Source: Octopus sinensis
Lineage: Eukaryota
Direction of reading: 5' to 3'
Length of the DNA: 64,000 nucleotides
Assembly (NCBI RefSeq): GCF_006345805.1
Contig: NC_043001.1
Location: 44,950,001-45,014,000, forward strand
Made by a program: the position numbers and the translations under genes. The notes beneath the pieces are model-generated. The model was not told the origin of the DNA. It searched no databases and saw only the letters and a list, made by a program, of their open reading frames with translations. Positions 50,201-63,394 of this stretch are shown one piece after another. The first letter of the stretch is position 1. Each line of letters opens with the position of its first letter.

Positions 50201-51894
50201 GCTATTTTTGTTTCATTTTTATAATGCCGCAAACAACAACTGCAGATTCTCAGACAATAAACTTTACCTTTATTAGTTCTGTCTGAAATACTTTAATATT
50301 GTTATTTTTATTTTGATGTAGTGATGTCATAGAGTTTTTGTTTCCCACAAATATTGCACTGCATTATTTCCTATGTTTCTCTTTAAATTCCCTAGCTATA
50401 CACTGACTATCTTATCAATAAACATTGACAGATTCCCTTCAATAAAAAAGACAATATTGTAGTGACGCCATTTTGGAATTCATCAGCAAGCATGCGCAGA
50501 GTTGGATTTCTTCTAGGAGGCCGCTGGAAGTTCCTTCATGCGCATGTGCAGAGAACTACCAGCAGCAAAACTTCCCATGTTCGATCTCTCTTGAAGCGGA
50601 CACCAAATTGAACAAACGTGTTCTGACATCTCTCCTCAAGCTGCCACCACATGGCGAAGCTACACTATGCTTGTTCGAGACAGCATTTTGCTCACACCAT
50701 TTAACTACTGTGACTAGCTCCATGGCTACCGGTTCGCCCTGAAGGAAATATATATGTATATATTATTGCGAATCCAGAAAAATAAATATTATTCATGCTG
50801 TTGAAGATATTCGAAGTCTTGGTTTTCCATTGACAAATAATTTAATGTAAAGGGATGAGACCTGCACCCCTCAAGTGTTCCAGACCTTTCATCCTGTTAC
50901 AATATTATCCATTTGCAAAAAAACTCAATGTGAGACCCTATGCTTACATGAAATGTACAGAGGTCTACATAACCCCAACCCTAAAATTAAGGACATGACT
51001 CTATAAATTGAACAGCTACACAAGCACTATTTATGAGAAACAAACTTCTTTATTTCAGCATATAAAAATAGAAGTAACAATACTGAAGTGCGGTAGGCAG
51101 AAATGGAAAAATTTTAATAATATAAATTTAAGCACCCTGTATGCCTTTTATGACTTTCAAGGTACCAAAATTACAATAGATTTCAATAATCATAATATTC
51201 AGTAGGGTTTCTGATTAGCAAATATGCACAGGAAAGAAGTTAATTCCAGTTTAATCCAAAACATGCAAAATCATTTAACAGAGCATGCTGGAAATGCAGA
51301 TAAAATGTCAATTTAGGATTTGTGAGTGCAAAACCAGAGATAGAGAGCAGGTAACAAGTTAACACTGTCAAGACTTGGTTGAAAACTGTGGAGGAGGGCC
51401 AAGCAGATATAGGCATGAATACTAAGTACCTTGGTGTGTTACTAGACACTAGTTCAACATTCAGGAAACATAAAATCTAATGACCAAAGCAAACTCTTAG
51501 AATCGTATTCAACAAAAAATTAGCAACTTCCCAGGAGAGGAAGGTGAAAGTTCACAAGATCCAGAATAGTAGAATTGGTTCTATACTACTACTATGCTGC
51601 AAATTATGTATGAACAAGATCTTTTAGGTCTCTGCACAGCATTTTCAATGAAATATATTGATATATAGTAAGTTGTCTTTGGCCCACTAACATGAATAAT
51701 TTTTATCTGTGGCTAGCATTGCTCCACTGGATATTAGGAGGGCAGTTTCCAGCAAAGCTGAAAAACAAAAGTAGTAGAAGGATGATGATGACAGATCATA
51801 TCTTAGGGAACAAATATGAAGAATAAAATAGAGCAAAAGTTTCATAATATCTACTGCTTCAGTAAAAGTAAAAGAGTAAAGAACCCCTTCAGTC

Positions 51895-52212
51895 ATGAAT
51901 GACTATGGTATTGCACCTAGAAAGTTACCCACCAAGGCACAAGTCTGGGCGACGTGGTTTATGGAAGACCAGCAATCGCCCATGCATACCAGCCTCCCCT
52001 CTCCATACCACCGATGTTATCCAAGGGAAAGGCAAAGGCTGATACAGCTTAGCACCAGTGACATCACAACTCATTTCTACAGCTGAGTGAACTGGAGCAA
52101 CATGAAATAAAGTGTCTTGTTCAAGGACACAACTCACAGCCTGGTCTGGGAATCAAACTCACTACCTCATGATTGTGAGCCTGATGCTCTAATCACTGAG
52201 TTATGTGCCTTC
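51895..52212 (-). mobile_element. tRNA-derived SINE family 3 (CORE-like TGTGTCCTTGAACAAGACAC)
   Basis: The minus strand has a tRNA-like head GCACATAACTCAGTGATTAGAGC...GAGTTTGATTCCC followed by a CORE-like segment. Confidence 0.72.
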
Positions 52213-54054
52213 ACTGTTGCAGTAGATATTTCAAATAAGTCCACTGATATAATATTCAGGAAGGAAAGATCAAAAAATCTACTATTCCAGAATATGAAGA
52301 CAAAACAAGCAGAAAATATGTCAAACATGGCCTGGCCGAATTCACTCTGTGTTGCAATTGGAGAATCCTTTTTGTGAAAATGAAAATCTGATGAGCATGC
52401 ATGACTTGCCTGTACTGTAGGTATAACAGCCCACCAGAATGAAAATTTTCACACATGCACAGGAAAGATGGCTTCACCTTCTACATAAGAGATTTTATCC
52501 ATGTGGTATTAGTTTCAGCAGGAAAAAATAAAGGCAGATATTGTTTAAATGCACCCAGTATGTATATATGTATGTATATTTGATGCACTGCCATTCAGTT
52601 ACTGTCTACCAATTGCACTCACAAGACATTGGTTGGCCTGAAGTTACAGCAAAATATATTTGCTCTATGTGGTATGTATGCATATATACGTATGTATATA
52701 CATAAATACACACATGCACACACATGCATGTGCGCGCACGCATGCACAAACACACATACACACCAACAGCAGCAATAACAACAGCGCTGCCACTACTGCT
52801 GCTGTCACCATCACCATCATTATCATCATCATCATTATCACCAGGGTTATAAATTATTATCCTTATATTCCTGTGTAAGGAATTCTTGTGAAATGTGTGT
52901 GTTAAAATAACATATATATATACCTGCCCTTTGCTTCTCAACTGAGAGTAGGAGATGATGTAGGGGACAGGTGGTTGTAACATATTGTAATTGTAGCTAA
53001 TAACTGTGGTGGTGGTGGGGGGGGGTTATTACATGTCATTTAGATCTAATGGGTCCTAACTGAGTAGACTGTCCTATAAAAGGTAGGTTATGGCTCCACC
53101 ATCTTTCTCTTGCATACTATGTAACTAAGACTACACTCACTATCCAATACATTCCTCCTTTTTCAAAATGGCAGGGTGTGATTTGAGGGAGATTGAGCTG
53201 CCATTTCTAGCAAGTTGGGTGGCACATGTAGTGACTAGTGGGTGGAGAATAGTAGTGGTAACTGGCAGATGATGTTTAGTTCTAGGTCAACCTGATCCAA
53301 CAAGCCTACAAGTATAATGACAGATTTGTTCCAGCCTTCACCTTCTTCTTTTTTTTTATTCAGATCAAAGTCTGATGTGATTTTAGCAGAGATTTGGCCC
53401 CTAATATTAACTGGTTGAAGTGACACCCTCCTTGGCAATAGAAATGGGGTGGAGATGCTGCTGGTGGTGGTGGTGGTGGTGGTGGTAGTAGTAGTAATAG
53501 TAGTAGTAGTAACAGCACAAGTATAATAGTTGATGAAGATGGTGGTGGCTGGGGCTGCAAAGAATGTAAGAAGTTGTGAAGGGGGAAGGATGGATTACAC
53601 ATATTTTCTGTATCCTTTCAATGAACCAAGTAAGATGTTCTGCTGAAGATTAATCTTACTTCCAACTGCATTTCACATTTTTAGCAATAATTAGTCATTT
53701 ACAAAATGATTGTTTACATAGAGTGTAATTGTAATTAATAAAAAAAATATTTAGATTTAGCTTACTAAATTTAAATATGTTAGTGTCCTATAAAACAGGA
53801 TTTAGTTGACTTTTTTATATATATTTATATATTTATGTTCAACTTTGGCTCTTCTCATTCTTCAAATATTCAAATAGGTCACTTATAAAAGAAGATCACG
53901 AGCCAATGAAACAGCCTCAATGCAATTGCTCAACATGCTAGAAATAACAAACAAAATGTGTATGTACATCTCCGTTTGTATGTGTGTGTACGCTTATATA
54001 TTAATTACTATGTGCTTGTGCAAATGTATATGCATGTGTTTGAGAGAGAGAGAG

Positions 54055-54093
<39 letters not shown>

Positions 54094-54179
54094 AAGTGTA
54101 CGTGTGTATGTATCTGAATATATGTGTGTGTGTGTGTGTATGCGGCGTGGGTCTCCGCGTTTGTTTATCAATATCGATA

Positions 54180-54390
54180 ATGCAGCAAATGATTTGAGCT
54201 CAAATGCTGGCAATTCATTGGTTAAAATTCGAAGAATTAAACTACGTTAAACTTACAAATTACAATTTTCTCAAAAAAGCCAAATGAAAACAATGTTTTC
54301 TTTTGACACATTCTACCAGTATACGAAGTTTAAATTGTTTAGTTAACTAGAAATTGTGTTGAATTCCGTCCATCAAAAGGAAAAGATCCC
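54180..54390 (+). mobile_element. right-arm fragment of the 62627-63394 foldback family
   Basis: GCAGCAAATGATTT...GACACATTCTACCAGTATACGAAG...AAAAGGAAAAGATCC matches 63200-63399. Confidence 0.78.
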
Positions 54391-54764
54391 TGAATTCAGC
54401 TGATCATCTCCAGTACCTAATTTGTGGGACCTCAGTTGTCTACAGATCCCCAGGTTAGGAACTGCTACCCAAACATCTCAGGTGTTTCTGAAATATTAAA
54501 TGATTTATAGCCTTCAGCCATATTGAGACTCATCCTAAGAAGAAATGGCACAGAACCACAAGTAGAACACCCAGACAAAATGATTTAAAGGCATTCTACA
54601 TTGGAGTTGACTTGCTTTAAGTTTTAGGCATGTACTTTTACCTAAAGTACTTAATCATGCAGATATACTTAGCCTGATTCAACCAACTATACCACCTCTT
54701 GAAATATATGGCATTGATTGCTATCAGTTAATGTACTAAAGTTTATTTGCATGGGATATATATA

Positions 54765-55065
54765 TCACTGTGACTGACCAGGCTATCAGATGTTACTACA
54801 CATCGCTGATCACAATGCACTTTGCATTGTTTTAGCCTTCAAATGATGCCACCCCGCTGGCTAAGCAAGCAGGCCAACAGAAGAAAGAGTGAGAGAAAGT
54901 TATGGTGAAAGAGTACAGCAGGTATCACCACCACCCCCTGCCGAAGCCTCGTGGAGCTTTAGGTGTTTTCATTCAATAAACACTGACAACGCCCGGTCTG
55001 GGAATCGAAACCATGATCCTACGACCACAAGCCCGCTGCCCTAACCACTGGGCCATTGCGCCTCC
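54765..55065 (-). mobile_element. tRNA-derived SINE family 4
   Basis: Minus strand TGGAGGCGCAATGGCCCAGTGGTTAGGGCAG...GGTTTCGATTCCC head with A and B boxes. Confidence 0.8.
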
Positions 55066-55067
55066 AT

Positions 55068-55122
<55 letters not shown>

Positions 55123-55194
55123 ATCATCATCATCATCATCATTTAGCGTCCGTTTTCCATGCTAGCATGGGTTGGACGGTTCTACTGGGGTACA

Positions 55195-55590
55195 TACAGG
55201 TGTAGCTGTGTGGTAAGAAAATTGGTTCCCAACTACATGATCTTGGTTTCAGTCCTGCTGTGTGGCACCTTGGACATATGCCTTCAACTATACTCTCAGG
55301 CCAACCAAAGCCTTGTGAATAGATTGGTAAATGGAAACTGAAAGAAACTTGTTGTGTGTGAGTGTGTGTGTGTGTGTGTGCGCTTTTGTGTCTTTGTTTG
55401 TCCCCAACCACCATTTCACAACCGGTGTTGGTGTGTTTAAATCTTTACATCCCCGCAAACTAGTGGTTCAGCAAAAAGGTATTGATAGAATAAGCACTAG
55501 GAAGAAGAAAAAAAAGAAAGTATTGGAGTCAATTCATTCAGTTAAAAATTTTTTAATGTGGTACCCCAGGATGGCCATAGTCTAATGACT
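55195..55590 (+). mobile_element. SINE family 1
   Basis: Diverged full-length copy. Confidence 0.78.
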
Positions 55591-56454
55591 GAAACAACTA
55601 TATATAGCCAGTTTAAGGGTGAAACCTTGAATTAAACAATTACTTCGTATTTGTTCATTTAATGTCTGATTTTGCACACTAGCATAGGATTTAACAGGAT
55701 TTCAAGACCAGATACTCTTCCTGTTGCCAGCTCTTGTCTGTTTTTCGAGTCAGGAAATTGCTAAGTACCAAGAGTTTTCAAAAGCACAAACTGGTCATGC
55801 TAACATCACCACGTGCATGACAAACTGTTGCCTGAAAATATCATCATGATACAATCCACTAATGAAGCAGGATGTTGTGGCTAAAAGATTCTATATACAA
55901 CACAATTCATTGAAAGGACAGTCTTGAATATTGATATATAAAAAATTACTGTAACATGGAAGGCATACTCACCCATAGTATGAAATAATACTAGTGATGT
56001 GTTCTTGTCAAAATCCCTGTAAAATAAGCACAACAGATTAGTTATACTACTCTGAGACAGTAAAGAAATACTACACAGGAGCAAAAAATCACATGTCTAG
56101 CACATGTTAATGTAATTTTAGAAATAAAAGAAAAACAAAAAAAAATTCTACAACAAATTAATTATAAATCTGCAGATATTAGACTCAGACTAATTTTAAA
56201 TTCATATCTGTGCTTATTAGAGCACTTAGTTACATTTGCCTTGGTACCATTCTTGAGAGGTTGGGCTTCACAAAACTAGAAAGAACACAACTGATCAGAA
56301 AACTCTAATTACTAACCATTATATAGAGACATGTAATCTACATAAATATATATATAAGAGGGTGTTGTAGTTCATTGGAAGCATTGTGTATTGTTTGTGA
56401 AATAAATGCAACGTGTCTGGAATAGCAAAGCAATGCAGAAACCTGTTGTTAATA

Positions 56455-56572
56455 TGGGTCCCTAGTCTACCTATGAGGATAGTCTCCTTAATTCTTCCAT
56501 TTCCAAAATTTCTAGGAATTTTGGAAATTTAAGAATTAAGGAGGCTATCCTCATAGACAGATCAGGGCCCCA
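56455..56572. mobile_element. hairpin MITE-like element
   Basis: CTATGAGGATAG..CCTTAATTCT / AGAATTAAGG..CTATCCTCATAG inverted arms. Confidence 0.6.
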
Positions 56573-56635
56573 AATTAGCAACAGGTTGAATAACAGTTAT
56601 TATAATCCACTCTGCACTGTTGTGCCATTCTAAAC

Positions 56636-56679
<44 letters not shown>

Positions 56680-57379
56680 CGCTCAGCTGTGAACTTCTTC
56701 AAACTTCTTTGCATTAAGATCTGAAATGTAAGATCTCCTCTACCCTGAAAATGGAGGCTCATCTCATCCTATGTTAAAAGCATCCATATGGCTGCATCTT
56801 CTGATGGTCTAAATCTACCAACATTATAATGTATCACTGAGCCCCCAGAAACAGCTGTTGGACTTATAATACCTTTCTTCCACCCCTTTAATTTTCTCTG
56901 CCATTTGTACTCTCTGTAAGTTATACATATAAATTCATCATCTGAAAGTTTCAACCTTTTGCTTTCTCTCATTTTGCATGTATACATGTATACATATTTT
57001 GTATTGGATGTATTTAATATACTTTATATATTTGATGTGTCTAATTTGCTTATCCTCACAATTGCTTCTATATATGAGAGTGAGTATGTGTGTGTGTGTA
57101 TATATATATGCACATCTGAACATATATATGTGTGTGTGTGTATGTGCACAAAACATTTCAGACACTTAGCCTGTAGAAAGTATTCGTACACATGTACAGA
57201 CATGCAGATATGTGCTTATACATTATTCAAAACACAGATTCACACACACACAATGGCATGCATACATGTAGACATACTTATTTGCATATATGAACATACA
57301 TATTCAATCATACATTACTATCTAAAGATACAGTAAGAAACTATTTCTGGGATGAGACCAATGCTTTCACTGTTGGAGA

Positions 57380-57625
57380 CAAGCCCATCATATATGTATA
57401 TCGATGTGTGTATGCCTTTGTGTCTATGTTTGTCCCTCACCACTGCTTGACAACCAGTGCTGGTGTGTTTACATCCCTGTAACTTAGTGGTTTGGCAAAA
57501 GAGATCAACAGAATAGTACAAATCTTAAAAAGAAAAATAAGTATTGGGATCAATTCATTCAACTAAAAATTGTTCAAAGTGGTACCCCAGCATGACCACA
57601 ATCTAATGACTGAAAGAAGTAAAAA
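57380..57625 (+). mobile_element. SINE family 1, 3' half
   Basis: GCTTGACAACC...TGACTGAAAGAAGTAAAA. Confidence 0.72.
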
Positions 57626-59153
57626 AAAAAAAAAAGATAAAATCAGATAAAAGATATTATAAGCTTTGGCCAAGATAGCAAGATGCTGAGAAACACCATG
57701 TTCTGCTGTTTACCAATGAGTGTACTAAATTATAAGGCACAAAAAGAAAATGACTCCCCCCAGACACAACAGAATATGCTTCAACACATGAACCCCTGTA
57801 AAGAATCTTGCAAGCCAAATCCAAAAACGAAATATATATATGAAAGAAGGTCTTTTAAAATTGCATTTTCAAACCTTCTTTCGTATATAATTCCACTCGT
57901 GCGGTACCTTACAACTCCACTTTGTTATATATATATATATATGTTCATATGTGTAAATGAAAGGAAGAAGTACACAATATGTGAAGTAGACTTTATATTT
58001 ATTAGAAAACTCTTTGAGAGGGTGGAGAAAGTGATAAAAATAGTGATGAGGTGTCTAGGTGGACTTTCAAGGTATGAAGGGAATAGAAGTAAGTGGGGAC
58101 AGAGGAACTGGGAGTATGGGTGAGTGGAGATTGGAAATGTGTGAGGAGGTGGAAGTGAGAAATAACTAATGACTGGATTGGGTTGAAGAGTGAATGTAAT
58201 GACTGGTGGATAATGAGCAGAGGATGATAAATTATGTATGAGTTGGGGAGGCAGGGGGAGTGAGGGATGCAAACAAAAAAGGGGAGAACAGCAGAATAGT
58301 AATAATTATTCAGTAGACAGGAGAGAGACAAGTCAGAGAGGGAAAGGATGACATGTTGCTGGTAGGTTGCAGAAGCACTGGGGAAAAGTGAGGTAGGCAT
58401 AGTGCTTTAGGAGAGTGAGATAATTTAGTGGATCAGTAGAGGAGAGGGGTTTTACAGATGTGAAACCCCGGGTAACCCCATAAACTGGCCATAACTATTT
58501 TTATCTAATTACTCTACTGCTCTAATACTGCTTCTCTTTCATATTTATGATTTACTGACAATATTTATTTAAAATAATAAGGGTGAAAAATTGAATACTA
58601 ATTTGATTAATATCAATTTAAAACCAGTGGTCTAGCATACTGAAAAATCTGAAGAATCAGAAAAATGATATTACATACATATAAGAGGGATGACCACTAC
58701 ATGGACATCCATTATGCTAGAAGTAGATCCATTATGGTTTTACCGCTAAGAATGGAATGTTCTCAAGAAAATTTAGCAAACACCAGAACGTAAGCAAGCA
58801 AGACAAATGAAAAGAAACAAAATATAGATTAATCCCAAATCAGTTTTACTATTACCATTTACATAATTACTTACGTAATTGTCTGTAGCTCATCAGTATG
58901 ATTGTCTTTGCAAATATAATTTGCAGAACTATACACAAGACGTCCGCATGAGATTGAACATGTATACAGTTCTACCAATTACACTTGGGGTTACCTTTCA
59001 AAAGTCGTTGTTTTGGCATGCTAAAATACCGGAAATAATTCTGCAGAAAATAATTCTCTGCTGTGAATTTTGCCAGTTAGAGAACATAGTTATTTAAATT
59101 TAAAATAAGGGTGAAAAATTGAATATTAATTTGATTAAATATATATACATATG

Positions 59154-59246
<93 letters not shown>

Positions 59247-59335
59247 ACATACCTATGTGTATATATATAGACATATGTGTGTGTATATATATAGACATAT
59301 GTGTGTGTGTATATATATATATACACACATATGTC

Positions 59336-59369
<34 letters not shown>

Positions 59370-59696
59370 CATGCTTATGAATTTGCTTTGCAAGATTCCT
59401 GATGTGAAACCATGTGTTGAAACAGATATTGATATATTTTGGAATGGTAATTTTTTTTGCCAAATAAACACATACACACACATTGCCTGGAAATCTTTTG
59501 TCACATACCTGTGACCTTTTCAGCGACCCTTTCCATCCTTGTATATCCTCCTGCCCTGCCTAGTTCATTCTCAGACAATGGAGACAAATAACACAAGGAC
59601 AATAATAAATAAGTGAACAACAAATAAATAGTGTGTGTTTATTTGGCAAAAAAAAAATGACTATCCCAAAATATAAGAATATAGCAAAATATATAT

Positions 59697-60840
59697 ATCA
59701 TCATCATCATTTAACATCCGCTTTTCATGCTGGTATGGGTTGGACTGTTTGACTGATGACTGGCAAGCTGGAAGGCTGCACCAGGCACCAATCTGATCAA
59801 GCACGGTTTCTGCAGCTGGACACCCTTCCTAACGCCAACCACTCCAAGACTGTAGTGGGTGCTTTTTATGTGCCACCGGCATGGGAGCCAGCCAGGTAAC
59901 ACTGGCAACAACCATGCTCAAATGGTGCTTTTTACATGCCACCGGCACAGGAGCCAGTCAGGCGGCACTGGCATTGACCACGTTCGTATGGTGCATTTTG
60001 CATGCCACCGGCATGGGAGCCAGTCTTGTGGGACTGGCATTGACCACGGTCAAATGGTACTTTTTATGTGCCACCAGCAGAGGTGCCAGTCCGGTGGTAC
60101 TAGTGTCAGCCACAATAATGATTTGACTTGACTCAGCAGGTCTTCTCAAGCATAGTTTATTGCCCAATGATTGAAGGGTACTCTTAAATGGGCTGGTTAT
60201 GTGACACTGGCATAGGCCATGGTTACAGTCTCATTTGGCTTGCCAGGCCTTCTCAAGCACAGCATATCTCCAAACGTCTCGGTCACTTGTCATTGCCTCC
60301 ATGAGGCCCAACATTCGAAGGTCATGCTTCACCACCTCATCCCATGTCTTCCTGGGTCTACCTCTTCCACAGGTTCCCTCCACTGTTACCGTGTGACACT
60401 TTTTCACACAACTGTCCACATCCATATGCAACACATGACCATACCAGTACAGTTGTTGCACACCACATCTGATGTTTCTTATGTCCAACTTTTCTCTCGG
60501 GGAGCTTAGACTCTGTTGTTAATGCACACTGACATTACACATCCAGTGGAGCATACAATCTTCATTTCTTGCAAGTGTATGCATGTCCTCTGCAGTCACA
60601 GCCCATTTCACTGCTGTGTAGCATGGCTGTTTGCATACATGCATCATACAGTCTACCTTTCACTCTGAGTGAGAGGCTCTTTCTTACCAGCAGAAGTAGG
60701 AGCTCTCTGAACTTTGCCCAGGGTATTCTTATTCTAGAAGCTATGATCTCAGAGCATCCACCACCATTACTGACTTGGTCACCTAGATAACGGAAGCTAT
60801 CAACCACTTCTAGTCCCCCAGCTCCCAGCACATTTTCAAT
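59697..60840 (-). mobile_element. RTE LINE 3' portion with (ATG)n tail
   Basis: LEVVDSFRYLGD...AWAKFREL..LL...GRLYDAC; LRWYGHV...GRGRPRKTW. 3' UTR has tandem GTGCCACCGGCA units and a (CAT)n tail at 59697. Confidence 0.88.
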
Positions 60841-62214
60841 GTTTATTGCTCCTGTGCACTTGCCACATATATATCATCATCATCACGATCATCATCATCA
60901 TCATTACATACATACATAAACTTATCTCCATACATACATACAGAAACTCATGTCCATAAACACACACACACATTATATTCACATTTTCAACAACTTTAGT
61001 TGCTAAACCAAGAGCTGTATGGTAACCATCAGCTTATTGAAATTACCCGTGATTTCAATATGGGACAAAGTGTGTAACTTACCATGTTGACAAATTTATT
61101 TTATTGTATATTGTTCACTTTTTGTCATTTATACTAGCTGCATAAATGCTTGAAGCTTACTAACTTCATACACTTGGATCTCAATAGCATGTTCTTTGAG
61201 AGTGACTTTGCAGCTTTTTCTGGCAGTAAGCAACAATGCAGACATTCTCTTGTTGGCTCATATATCATGTTTTCCTGTTGTTTAGCCTTAGTTCAACCCT
61301 AAATGAGCAGACATGAACAAAGGCAGCTCTGTCATGATCATCTCACTGTTATTTTTTTGGGTGGGGTTCTTTTTGTACTTTTTTTTTTCAGTGTATATAG
61401 AACAGTCATTTCCATCCAACATGTCTCCCTATTTCAAGAGGGAAATTTTGTTTTTTACTGCTATTTCTAGTAAATTGCATGCAATCCTGTAGTGGCTCCT
61501 TCCTTTCAGTATTTTCTTATGGTTGTGTTTGTTTTGAGCTTAAAATTCTATTGAAATTGCCTTTGCTTGCCATCCTCTTGAGTCAAAAAAACAAAACAAA
61601 AAAAAAAACAGAATAGGCATACACAGGAGTAGAGTACATTCAATCCACTACACACCCTATCCTGTAAATGAATGGTCATGTGTTACAATGAGTAATCAAG
61701 TGAAGAAGGGGAAGCAGAAACTGATGTTGCAGAGAGAGAGAGAGAGAGAGGCAGACAGACAGACAAGTAGACAATGTTGTTGATTTATTATATTGTATTG
61801 GGATCTTTTCCTTTTGATTGCCCTTCTATTTCAATTCTTTATAGGTTTAATTTATTGTAAAAGAACTAGTTTCTAAACACTACAAAAGTTATTAGATTTA
61901 CTCTTCATGTGTGGGAATAACATCACAGGTCAGCTGGATCAGATCTGATCTGAAACAATAAATGCTAAGTAAGTAAGAAAAAGAAAGAAAGAAAGAAGGA
62001 AAGAAAGAAAGAAGGAGAGAGAGAGAGAGAGAGAGATGTGTGTCAAGTTATTTTTCAAATCCAGTGCATGTCAACACTAGTGTTGAACTGTGTGAAGAAA
62101 ACAAATTCAACTAACAGGTTTGTTTCAATATGGTCTGACACAAGCCTGTGTTAATATACACTATATTTATGTACATATTATATATGTAAATACACACACA
62201 CACACCAACTAAAA

Positions 62215-62400
62215 GGATGAAATCCTATATAAACCCAACTAACAGTTAAAACATGAAGATATGTTAAAAATTTTCTATAAGTGTTTAATCCATACAATTG
62301 TTTTGAATGACAAAATGATTGTATGGATTAAAAATTTATAAATACTTTTAACATCTCTTCATTTTTTAACCATTAGTTGGGTGTATATAGGATTTCATCC
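62215..62400. mobile_element. hairpin MITE
   Basis: GGATGAAATCCTATAT...ATATAGGATTTCATCC arms, pairing along most of the length. Confidence 0.7.
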
Positions 62401-62550
62401 TATAATACTCACAACACATTTTTAATTGTCATATTTTCATATTTTAAATACTTGCAATAACAAGTTACTACTTTGATGTGAAAAATCTTTATTACAAATC
62501 TAACTCTTTAGACCCCCTAAAAAGTTCAAAATGTTCTACTTGAACTAATT

Positions 62551-62591
<41 letters not shown>

Positions 62592-62626
62592 TATATATAT
62601 TGGGTTGGTGCATGATTATTGTGGCT

Positions 62627-63394
62627 TTTTCCTTTTGAACGGCAGATGTCAACACAATTTCTAGTTAACTAAACACTTTTAAACTTCGTATACTGGTAGA
62701 ATGTGTTTATAAAACATTTTTTCTTGGCTTTATTGAGAAAATTCTATAGTTTGTAAGATATTTCGTCTGAAAATCCGAGCATTTCGGCAATTTTAACCAA
62801 TCGATTACCTCCATTCAACTAAAATCATTTGCTGCGTCTAAAACTGAGACAACATCCTGTAACTAACCCTAAGCCTCCCCCCTAACCCTAACCCTAATTT
62901 TTTTTTTCTTAATTGTTACGTGTGTAAAAAAAACCGAAAGCAATGGAAAATGATTTAAACAATTAACAAACAAAATATTCTATAATTTTATACACATGCT
63001 TTCCGTATGTATACGGAAAGCGTGTGTATAAAATTATAGAATTATTTTATTGGTAATTGTTTAAATCATTTTCCATTGCTTTCGGTTTTTTTACATGTGT
63101 AACAAGTAAATTAATTTAACAATTAAGAAAAAAAAATTAGGGTTAGGGTTAGGGGGGAGGTTTAGGGTTAGTTACAGGATGTTGTCTCAGTTTTAGGCGC
63201 AGCAAATGATTTTAGCTCAAAAGATAGCATAGAATTGGTTAAAATTCGAAAAATTAAACTACGTTAAACAAACAAATTACAATTTTCTCAAGAAAACCAA
63301 GAGACAAAAATTTTTTATTTTGACACATTCTACCAGTATACGAAGTTTTAAAGTGTTTAGTTAACTAGAAATTGTCTGCCGTTCAAAAGGAAAA
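62627..63394. mobile_element. foldback/TIR element with internal CCCTAA/TTAGGG repeats
   Basis: Termini TTTTCCTTTTGAACGGCAGA / TCTGCCGTTCAAAAGGAAAA. Inner palindrome of about 390 bp centred near 63010. Confidence 0.82.

Larger units (their letters stand above)
52449..59536 (-). other. candidate spliced gene, six phase-compatible small exons (107 aa, unidentified)
   Basis: Exons 59536-59509, 58971-58875, 57795-57714, 56913-56873, 56016-55973 and 52480-52449, all with GT/AG ends. No family recognised. Confidence 0.22.

Noticed and set aside
51690-52480. Alternative GC-AG splice giving KVKPSFLCMCENFHSGGLLYLQYS-FAGNCPPNIQWSNASHR*
   Set aside because: The frame is incompatible with the upstream candidate exon and no homology is recognised.
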